IMG/VR virus record: IMGVR_UViG_3300027689_000306
Length of the DNA: 64,000 nucleotides
Source of the DNA: an uncultured virus (IMG/VR IMGVR_UViG_3300027689_000306)
Taxonomy: Duplodnaviria; Heunggongvirae; Uroviricota; Caudoviricetes; Crassvirales
Direction: 5' to 3' (one strand)
The translations under genes and the position numbers were made by a program. Under the pieces are notes generated by a model. That model worked only from the letters and a program-made list of their open reading frames with translations. It was not told the DNA's origin and ran no database searches. Positions 48,147-55,389 of the stretch are shown piece by piece; position 1 is the first letter of the stretch; each line of letters opens with the position of its first letter.

Positions 48147-49453
48147 TATAGAAATGTAATGATTGATAAATCTTTATTAGCTTTATCATGCGCTTGTGTA
48201 GCTGCTTTAACTAGTTGTGCATGTACAGAAGCAATATCATCACTCACTGTTAGTCCCTTCAAGTCTTTGATCTGTAGCTCAACCTTCTTCAATTGAGCTT
48301 TATACACCTTCTCTTCAGTTTGTGTAGATAATGGAAGACTAGATAATGCATCAAGAGACTCTTGTAAGTTAGTAGATAGTTCTCTAAACTTAAGTGTAGA
48401 CTCAAACTTCTTGATAGCTTCTGCAATCAATGATGGTTTCTTAGCAAACTCTGCAATGAATGATAATGATTCTGGACCACATTGATCATACACTTGATAT
48501 GCTGTAACAGCCACACGAGGTGAAATGGTTATACCATTCTTAGCATACTCTTGTAATAGATAAGGAATTACTGGATCCACGTTATCTACACCAAACTTAC
48601 TCTCTAGTAATTTGTTGTATGTAATCTCTGTGTAATTGTCCCAGATAACATTAAGCTCTAATGGAAATCTCTCCATCAATGCTTTCAATGACATGTTCTT
48701 AGAGAATTCATCACGAGTTCTATTTGTACAACATACAATGAACTTAGTTTTGATATCATATATCTGTGTACCATTTCTGAATGTACCACTAGATAATATA
48801 TCTTTCAATTGCTCTAATATGAAATCAGGTGCATCGAATAACTCTTCGAAGATAACATATTCATGATTCATGAATGAATTATCTACTAGATACTCTATCT
48901 TACCTGTCTTCTCAAATGTAGGAATATCAAGACCACCAAACAATCTGTCTGTTGTCATACCTGTACCCATGGTAATGATGTAAGGGTTGATTCCTTTTGA
49001 TTTCAAGAAATCTAATGTGATTTCTGATTTACCATGTCCTCCTGGACCATACAATACAACATTCTTGTTTGTTGCAAGTCCTACATTTAGGATGTTGATA
49101 GTTTTGTCCATGAATACGAACTTCTGTGTTGTGTTTTCCACTGTAATTTTTGCTGATTTTCTCATTTTTGTTTTCTTTGTTATTAAGGAATTTTGATTAA
49201 TTTGTTTTAATACGTCTAATAGATCTATTGGTTCTTCTTCTTTGATGATACAATCACATGCTTTGAACATCCAATCCTCATGTTTAAACTCTTCGTTTCT
49301 TTCAATGTATACATTATGTTTATCAGGAATATCCTGTCCATAGTATTCATCCATTTCATGGTCTTCATTCCATGCAATTGGACAATTGTATTTATTATTC
49401 CAAAGACCATCTCTCTTAAACTCTTCTTCTGTCTTGAATCTATATTTACTCAT
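48146..49453 (-). CDS. MoxR/RavA-like AAA+ ATPase (possible internal start at 49165)
   Basis: GPGGHGKS, IFEELFD, CTN, ALMERF. Confidence 0.85.
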   Translation of the reverse strand: MSKYRFKTEEEFKRDGLWNNKYNCPIAWNEDHEMDEYYGQDIPDKHNVYIERNEEFKHEDWMFKACDCIIKEEEPIDLLDVLKQINQNSLITKKTKMRKSAKITVENTTQKFVFMDKTINILNVGLATNKNVVLYGPGGHGKSEITLDFLKSKGINPYIITMGTGMTTDRLFGGLDIPTFEKTGKIEYLVDNSFMNHEYVIFEELFDAPDFILEQLKDILSSGTFRNGTQIYDIKTKFIVCCTNRTRDEFSKNMSLKALMERFPLELNVIWDNYTEITYNKLLESKFGVDNVDPVIPYLLQEYAKNGITISPRVAVTAYQVYDQCGPESLSFIAEFAKKPSLIAEAIKKFESTLKFRELSTNLQESLDALSSLPLSTQTEEKVYKAQLKKVELQIKDLKGLTVSDDIASVHAQLVKAATQAHDKANKDLSIITFL

Positions 49454-49496
49454 AGCTTTAATATAAAAAGAGAGCCATTACAGCTCTCTTATTAGT

Positions 49497-49967
49497 CTAG
49501 TCTTCATTCTCTTCATCATGTTGACGTTTAATCATCTTGATTAAGAAATCTCTAAGTTCTTCTGGTATGTCATCACTACTGATTGGACCACCTTCACTTT
49601 GTTCTTTAGCTAGCTTATCAAGCATTTCTTTGAACTCTTCTGGAACATCATTAGCATCTAATGCTATCCCTTTCATCTTACTAGCCATTTTCTCAGCAAA
49701 ATCTTCAAGTCTGTGTTGTAAGAAGAATGATGCCAAGACTACTAATTGAGAATAACTAAATTCATTAGCACATGCTTCTACCAATTCACTTGGTGAACTA
49801 TCTTCTCTTAGTCCATTCTTTTCATCAAATAAATAGTCTTTTAAGACTTGCTTCACTTGATCATCAAGATCATCTAAATATGATTCTTGAACACCTATTG
49901 CATTGTGTAACTTTTTCTGACCATGGTCAAAGGTGAATATACCACCTTGAGTTGTTGTACTACTCAT
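49497..49967 (-). CDS. Acidic hypothetical protein
   Basis: 156-aa ORF preceded by CCTTAATAAC. Confidence 0.6.
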   Translation of the reverse strand: MSSTTTQGGIFTFDHGQKKLHNAIGVQESYLDDLDDQVKQVLKDYLFDEKNGLREDSSPSELVEACANEFSYSQLVVLASFFLQHRLEDFAEKMASKMKGIALDANDVPEEFKEMLDKLAKEQSEGGPISSDDIPEELRDFLIKMIKRQHDEENED

Positions 49968-49979
49968 GTTATTAAGGAA

Positions 49980-50135
49980 TTATTGGTTAATTGTTTGTCG
50001 AAATTCTTTTATTTCTTCTGATACTACACCTCTTCTGAAGGTGTACAGCACTTCAACTATTAGTCTTTTAGATAATATTCTTCTATAACTATTAGTTGAA
50101 GCCACTAATGTACCTCTCTGTATTCTAGGTCTCAT
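49980..50135 (-). CDS. Small hypothetical protein
   Basis: Likely start MRPRIQRG, with ATGA overlap on the upstream stop. Confidence 0.45.
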   Translation of the reverse strand: MRPRIQRGTLVASTNSYRRILSKRLIVEVLYTFRRGVVSEEIKEFRQTINQ

Positions 50136-50347
50136 AATATACAACACAATGAAAGAATGAATGTAAATACAATGAAACATGTTAGCATAATAGCACATAA
50201 TGCAATGTTTTGTCTCTTACGTAATGTAAGTTCATTTTCCAATACTGATATTAATCGATTCTTCAGTCTCAAAGATTCTTCTTGAGAACTTACTAGATCT
50301 TCTAATAGCTCTACCTTGTAGAGTAAATCTAATGTACTTTCCATCAC
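50132..50347 (-). CDS. Small coiled-coil plus TM protein
   Basis: C-terminal hydrophobic helix. Confidence 0.55.
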   Translation of the reverse strand: MMESTLDLLYKVELLEDLVSSQEESLRLKNRLISVLENELTLRKRQNIALCAIMLTCFIVFTFILSLCCIL

Positions 50348-50505
50348 TCTTTATCTGCTATTGACATACCAATAATTATTGGACATGTGATTGGACTAAA
50401 TGCTAGAATGAACCAAGACTCTACAGGTATTTTACCATCTCCATGAGATTGTATCATCATACCTAGATTAACTAGGTATGTGATAATAATATATAATGCT
50501 ATCAT
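50344..50505 (-). CDS. Small membrane protein, absent from ORF track
   Basis: 53 aa, MIALYIIITYLVNLGMM...FSPITCPIIIG; 4-nt overlaps at both ends. Confidence 0.55.
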   Translation of the reverse strand: MIALYIIITYLVNLGMMIQSHGDGKIPVESWFILAFSPITCPIIIGMSIADKE

Positions 50506-50693
50506 AAACCGATAAGATTATCAAAACAACTATCTAAGATGTCTTGTAGGTTATACTTCTCTTGTTGTAACTCATTAATACGTTCGTCAATGATATGAAC
50601 ATTCACATCATCGTTACATTCTTTAAGACTATCTAATGAATATATTTCATTGTGAATATCTTGTAACCTGTATTGTATGTCTTCTACTCTCAT
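50502..50693 (-). CDS. Small coiled-coil protein
   Basis: 63-aa ORF. Confidence 0.5.
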   Translation of the reverse strand: MRVEDIQYRLQDIHNEIYSLDSLKECNDDVNVHIIDERINELQQEKYNLQDILDSCFDNLIGL

Positions 50694-50696
50694 GAT

Positions 50697-50834
50697 CTAT
50701 ACAGCTCTATGATTAGACCAATACCTTCTTTGTTGTTTGCATCTTGATGCACAACTCTCGGTGCATATAGCAACAAGAATTAATGTTGTAATGATATACA
50801 ACATTCCTAATGTAGTGTAAGGACGTTTTTTCAT
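50697..50834 (-). CDS. Small putative lipoprotein, absent from ORF track
   Basis: 45 aa, MKKRPYTTLGMLYIITTLILVAICTESCASR...; basic N-terminus, hydrophobic core, S-C. Confidence 0.5.
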   Translation of the reverse strand: MKKRPYTTLGMLYIITTLILVAICTESCASRCKQQRRYWSNHRAV

Positions 50835-50839
50835 GTTAT

Positions 50840-51193
50840 TTAGTTATTAAGGGTTTTAAAATGTATTCTCTTTGGAAACTTACCATCAAACACAAACTTT
50901 GTAACATCACATAACCACACAGGAGAAAATCCTAGATGATATATGCAACCATTTGGTGGTGTATTTATTACTTTTTTCAGTGTTTCATATCCATCAGGAC
51001 ATTCTTGATCTGTTAATAGATCCATTAGCACTGTATCACCATTGTTTGATAGATGATCTAATAATGTATCAGCACCACCTACCATTTGTAACTCACCTTT
51101 ACTTCCAGTCCAATTAGGAAGATCAATATACCATCGACCTTCCTCTTTATTGAATCTGTATGCATTCTTGTTCTTTCTTAAATCTATAGCCAT
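50840..51193 (-). CDS. Hypothetical protein (WYIDLP...LQMVGGAD family)
   Basis: F.KE..RWYIDLP.W...LQMVGGADTLLD...WLCDVTKFVF. Likely start MAIDL. Confidence 0.65.
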   Translation of the reverse strand: MAIDLRKNKNAYRFNKEEGRWYIDLPNWTGSKGELQMVGGADTLLDHLSNNGDTVLMDLLTDQECPDGYETLKKVINTPPNGCIYHLGFSPVWLCDVTKFVFDGKFPKRIHFKTLNN

Positions 51194-51206
51194 TTTTCGT
51201 TTTTTT

Positions 51207-51419
51207 TCATAACCAATTGTCTTTAATTTGTTTATCAAGATCACATGCTACAATAACACTTGGCATCCAACCAAATACTAACATAAGCATTAATGTTCCA
51301 CCATGTGTGTAACATTCACGTAAGGATAGATCAGATAAGAAATATCCAATAAGACTCATAAGAGTCCATGTACCAATAGCTGTAAATATAACAGCTAACA
51401 TAATTTTTGTTGTCTTCAT
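51207..51419 (-). CDS. Small 2-TM membrane protein
   Basis: Two hydrophobic segments. Confidence 0.6.
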   Translation of the reverse strand: MKTTKIMLAVIFTAIGTWTLMSLIGYFLSDLSLRECYTHGGTLMLMLVFGWMPSVIVACDLDKQIKDNWL

Positions 51420-51431
51420 TTTTGTTTGTTA

Positions 51432-51599
51432 TTAAGGATTAATATCTTCATTCATTGCTATTTGTACTATTGAATTAGCATGTGTAATAGTTTCATTGTT
51501 TTCACAATCACTACCAACCAATAAACATGCATATTCTTCTAATATACTATATGCTTCTAGCACTGCGTCTAATTGACTTTTAAGTTTGTCTGTTTCCAT
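51432..51599 (-). CDS. Small hypothetical protein, absent from ORF track
   Basis: 55 aa, METDKLKSQLDAVLEAY...EDINP; the stop lies in the CCTTAATAA motif. Confidence 0.55.
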   Translation of the reverse strand: METDKLKSQLDAVLEAYSILEEYACLLVGSDCENNETITHANSIVQIAMNEDINP

Positions 51600-51610
51600 T
51601 TTATTTGTTA

Positions 51611-51838
51611 TTAAGGATTTAATTCATATTCTTCTATTCTACATTCTTGTCTTATATCAGTCCATTCTGGATAGTTAAGAGAAGCTTTGCTATATTGCTC
51701 AAATAATTCATCTATCTTAGCAATAGCAGATTTTTGTTCCTTATACACACCATGAATAGATTCATACTTATGTGATGAATAGTGTGTAGGTTCCATTTCA
51801 TTTATTGTAGTGCAAAATACTATGTATACTTTGTTCAT
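51611..51838 (-). CDS. Small phage protein
   Basis: KVYIV...I.GVY...A...IEEYEL pattern. Confidence 0.65.
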   Translation of the reverse strand: MNKVYIVFCTTINEMEPTHYSSHKYESIHGVYKEQKSAIAKIDELFEQYSKASLNYPEWTDIRQECRIEEYELNP

Positions 51839-51865
51839 GTTTGTTTGTTATTAATGAGATTAAAT

Positions 51866-52042
51866 ATAATTACCAAAGGCTTCCAACCCTAGCACTCCGT
51901 TTACTTAGTAATTACAATAATAGCATCTCAATTATGGTAGGCAGCACTTTCCTACTTTTATTCCCTAATTAGATGTTTGAGCCAAGAAACCTGGACTAAG
52001 GTGCATTGTTGTTCCGTCTTATGCTAACTGATTCTAATTATA
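51866..52042 (-). ncRNA. Candidate structured non-coding RNA
   Basis: ORF-free stretch of about 175 nt with nested complementary segments (see findings). Confidence 0.45.
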
Positions 52043-52066
52043 AAGGGCCCGTAGAAGAGCCCATTA

Positions 52067-52348
52067 TTACAATGCTAATGAATATAAATCAGGATGTTCT
52101 ATCTTCACTTTAAGAGAAATGTATTCATCGTGTAGAGAAGAAAGTCTTCTATCTAACACTTTACTAACATCATTTCTAATAGATAACAATTCATCTATAG
52201 AGAGAGAGTTATAATCTACTGATCCATTCTCTTCTTTATACACTCCTAGTTTAGTATTAGGATTTAGATCTTTACCTAACATTCCACTTAACTCTTCTAT
52301 TGTAAGATCTGTACGTCTCAATAGCTTATTGATTCTAATGTATGCCAT
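52067..52348 (-). CDS. Hypothetical protein
   Basis: 93-aa ORF flanked by GGCTC/GAGCC hairpins. Confidence 0.55.
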   Translation of the reverse strand: MAYIRINKLLRRTDLTIEELSGMLGKDLNPNTKLGVYKEENGSVDYNSLSIDELLSIRNDVSKVLDRRLSSLHDEYISLKVKIEHPDLYSLAL

Positions 52349-52391
52349 AATTGTTATTTGTTAAAGGCTCCTGTGAAAGAGCCTATTATTA

Positions 52392-52703
52392 TTATTGTCC
52401 AATATGAGCATAAGAATATAACTCATCATGTGTTAAACATTTTATTCTACATGAATATGAAACACTATCGTGTCCATCGTGATATGAAATAAGATAGTTA
52501 TATGTATAATAGTCATAACCATCAATAGAATAATAATCACATGTACAAGGAAAGTCAATGAAGTCTCTATACTCAAATGATGATGTATGTTCTTTACCTC
52601 TATTCTCTTTATATGTATTCTTAAAGTCTATATAGTCTATCTCTTCTAACTCACGTCCATGTAAGTGTAATTGTGCGAATGCTTTAGCTTGATTTGTCTC
52701 CAT
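52392..52703 (-). CDS. Tyr-rich hypothetical protein
   Basis: 103-aa ORF. Confidence 0.5.
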   Translation of the reverse strand: METNQAKAFAQLHLHGRELEEIDYIDFKNTYKENRGKEHTSSFEYRDFIDFPCTCDYYSIDGYDYYTYNYLISYHDGHDSVSYSCRIKCLTHDELYSYAHIGQ

Positions 52704-52921
52704 AATGCTATATTTATTTAGTTATGATGTTGTTTGTTTGTTTGTTGTTTTATACATAGTTTATGTGCCTATGTGTACACTGCTATTCTTTCACACTCAA
52801 GAAAAAGTTTTTTTCTCCCTCGTAAAAAGTTTTTATACATATATATAAGGAATAAGTCATGAATGGAATTATTTCACCCACCCATGACTCTTCTCCACCC
52901 TTATATATGAGTAAAACAGGG

Positions 52922-53275
52922 CTATTCTAGCCCTGCATACTCGTCTGCATTAACCATTGCAGTTGGTTTGAAGTTCTCAACAGTCATTGCTTCCAATGTC
53001 AATTGGTTTCTTCTAACGCCAATCATCTTCTTAAAGGTAACATAACCTACCATAGCAAGTTTACCTTCATCATTAGGCTCAATCTTTAGGCTTTCAATTC
53101 CGCCTGCTCCTAGTTCATTGTGAAAGTTTTCATCGTTGCTGATAAAAACTTTACCTTCATAAATGTAACGACGATAGTTTTGTCCTTCCATTTTTGTTCC
53201 TTTAGCGTAAGGAAATAATTTACCATCTGTTTGGATCTCTGCTACTTCTGTAGCGTTTAATTTTTGAATTGCCAT
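52922..53275 (-). CDS. Hypothetical protein, first gene of the leftward arm
   Basis: Likely start MAIQKL after an A-rich leader. Confidence 0.6.
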   Translation of the reverse strand: MAIQKLNATEVAEIQTDGKLFPYAKGTKMEGQNYRRYIYEGKVFISNDENFHNELGAGGIESLKIEPNDEGKLAMVGYVTFKKMIGVRRNQLTLEAMTVENFKPTAMVNADEYAGLE

Positions 53276-53411
53276 TTTGTTCTGTTTTAATGGATTTAGT
53301 GGGGGAGCACCCTGCTCACCCAAACGTAGGTGGGGTAGCGAATTGGAAGTACTCTACACACCCACATACACAATAGGTTTACCAATTTGGGAAAAAATTT
53401 TTGAAAAAAAG

Positions 53412-53444
53412 TTTGGAATGTATAAGAATTATATTATACCTTTG
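53412..53444 (+). promoter_or_regulatory. Bacteroidota-type promoter
   Basis: TTTG, 21-nt spacer, TACCTTTG. Confidence 0.65.
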
Positions 53445-53545
53445 GCGGGTGGGTGGGTTTGTTCTTAGATATAGAAGTTCTTTTGTATACATCTATATAA
53501 AGTTTTCATAATATAGCATTGGAATAAATATTTCTTATATATATG

Positions 53546-53575
53546 TTGATTGTAAATATTTATTCTATATCTTTG
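53546..53575 (+). promoter_or_regulatory. Bacteroidota-type promoter for the packaging operon
   Basis: TTG, 19-nt spacer, TATCTTTG, 16 nt before the ATG. Confidence 0.7.
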
Positions 53576-53591
53576 TCAAAACTAAATCAAG

Positions 53592-53981
53592 ATGATAGTA
53601 CAAAGACTTAAGAAAGATGTAAGTACAGATATAGAACTAGCTATTAAGTATTATAGTATTCTATCTGCTATAAACAATCTACATCTAACAGAAAGAGAGA
53701 TACAACTCATATCCTTTACAGCTATTAAGGGAAACATCACCTATGCTAATGTGAGAGAAGAGTTCTGTAAGACATACAACAGTACATCTCCATCAATCAA
53801 CAACATCATCAGTAAGCTTAAGAGAATAGGTATATTCATCAAGGAGAATGGTAAGGTGAAGGTGAATCCTGTCATCTCTATTGATTTCACTAAAGATTTA
53901 ATATTAGAAATAAAACTACTACATGAAGAGACCATCAACAATGTCAGTGAAGGAGTGGATCATCAAGAGGATGTCCATTAA
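53592..53981 (+). CDS. Winged-helix DNA-binding protein
   Basis: LTEREIQL...SINNIISKLKRIGIF...VNP. Confidence 0.7.
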   Translation: MIVQRLKKDVSTDIELAIKYYSILSAINNLHLTEREIQLISFTAIKGNITYANVREEFCKTYNSTSPSINNIISKLKRIGIFIKENGKVKVNPVISIDFTKDLILEIKLLHEETINNVSEGVDHQEDVH

Positions 53982-54285
53982 TATGGTGATATCAGAGAAG
54001 ATTATTGATTCTGTTGTAACACATCAGTTTGATTCTGCTAATGACGCATTGAATATACATAAGAGTGTAGAGATCTCTGGGTTTGGTAAGTTCTATTTCA
54101 ATCAGAAGAAAGCTCTTGCACAATACAATAAGTTGTTGGCTATTAAACAAGCATACGAGAATACATTATTAGATCAAGAGATAACAGCTACAAAGAGAAA
54201 TGCTGTAGAGCTAAAACTACAAATCATTGAATCCAGTATTAAAACATTAAAACCAAAAATAGATGAGCCTGGGACAAATATATGA
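53923..54285 (+). CDS. HU/IHF-like DNA-binding protein
   Basis: SVEISGFGKF motif; crAss-like position. Confidence 0.7.
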   Translation: MKRPSTMSVKEWIIKRMSINMVISEKIIDSVVTHQFDSANDALNIHKSVEISGFGKFYFNQKKALAQYNKLLAIKQAYENTLLDQEITATKRNAVELKLQIIESSIKTLKPKIDEPGTNI

Positions 54286-54538
54286 GGGATGGAAGAATCA
54301 TCTTCTTCCTGAAGAGAACGAAAAATCTTTCCTACAACAGGTTAGTCAAGAAAGACTAGCTATATGTGGAGCTTGTGATGAGCATTCTTCTAATAAGAAG
54401 GATTACAAATCATTAAGACCAGATGCACACTGTGCAGAATGCGGATGTACATTGTCTGCTAAAACAAAATGTTTAACATGCGAATGCCCATTGAAGAAAT
54501 GGGTAGCACAATCCTTACCAGATGAACTCACTACGTAA
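54263..54538 (+). CDS. Cys-rich Zn-binding protein
   Basis: RLAICGAC...CAECGCTL.AKT...CPLKKW. Confidence 0.7.
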   Translation: MSLGQIYEGWKNHLLPEENEKSFLQQVSQERLAICGACDEHSSNKKDYKSLRPDAHCAECGCTLSAKTKCLTCECPLKKWVAQSLPDELTT

Positions 54539-54770
54539 AATACCACTAGAGGGACTTATACAAATCCTTACAAATCTGTTTGAAGAGGGAGCTGATTATA
54601 TTGATATATCAGGACAACAAGATAACAGAGAAGAAGGACCAATTGATGTTATTAAAATAACAGTGAAGCCTGAATATATGACAGATGATAGTGAGATGGA
54701 AATAGAAGTGGATATGGAAGGAGAAAGACCTGCATCACTATCTGAAGAGGATTTAAATGATCTTATATAA
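54522..54770 (+). CDS. Acidic hypothetical protein
   Basis: Operon ORF. Confidence 0.55.
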   Translation: MNSLRKIPLEGLIQILTNLFEEGADYIDISGQQDNREEGPIDVIKITVKPEYMTDDSEMEIEVDMEGERPASLSEEDLNDLI

Positions 54771-55045
54771 TGAAAGCTCCTAACTACTATCGTCAAATTG
54801 TACAAACATTGGTACGCTTACAAAAAGCCTATCCTACGTATAACATAGGAAGACATATTTCCACAGCATTGGATGAATATTCAGATGTATGGGGTGTGTC
54901 TGACAAAGAGTTCTTGTATGCTATACAGAAGTATGAAATAGAACTTAACATAGATGGTCCTCACATAGATGATAAAGAGATAGAGGAGATTATAAAAGAT
55001 GGCATGAATTTAGACAGCATCTTTGAGGAAGAGGAGGAATACTAA
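54770..55045 (+). CDS. Hypothetical protein
   Basis: Coupled ORF. Confidence 0.55.
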   Translation: MKAPNYYRQIVQTLVRLQKAYPTYNIGRHISTALDEYSDVWGVSDKEFLYAIQKYEIELNIDGPHIDDKEIEEIIKDGMNLDSIFEEEEEY

Positions 55046-55056
55046 AAAACAAAACA

Positions 55057-55389
55057 ATGGCAATAAAGAAAACTACATATATAAATACAGAACTTGATTG
55101 GGCTGAAGAACAGTTATCAAGCTGGAAACAATACGTTGATGCTAATCCCTTACATACATTAGAGGATAGAATCAAATGGAAAGAAACTAAAGCTGGTGGA
55201 GCAATGCCTATGGTGATTGCATCTATTGAAGCACAGGGTAAGTTTGTACAAGAGACAATGAAGAACTATTTAGCTCTCTTAGAACAAGTAGAGAAACTAC
55301 GTGAGAAAGAAGAAGCTAAAGTGGTACCTATAAGAGGTGGTGGTGAGCTAGGAAGTATGGCAGAAGATTTCTTAAAAGGTAGAAGATAA
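55057..55389 (+). CDS. Hypothetical protein, possible terminase small subunit
   Basis: Helical, ends in IRGG, directly upstream of and coupled to terL; positional inference only. Confidence 0.4.
   Translation: MAIKKTTYINTELDWAEEQLSSWKQYVDANPLHTLEDRIKWKETKAGGAMPMVIASIEAQGKFVQETMKNYLALLEQVEKLREKEEAKVVPIRGGGELGSMAEDFLKGRR

Noticed and set aside
45346..51856. CRISPR array or integron attC cassettes
   Set aside because: The repeats are only 9-12 bp, irregularly spaced and non-palindromic, and no cas or integrase gene is present.
51940..51975. Cobalamin riboswitch suggested by AATTAGGGAA on the - strand
   Set aside because: The other conserved elements (e.g. the GCCACTG B12 box) are not evident; kept only as an unassigned structured RNA.
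53277..53468. 63-aa + strand ORF in the divergence region
   Set aside because: TTG start, overlaps a promoter and low-complexity tracts; likely spurious.
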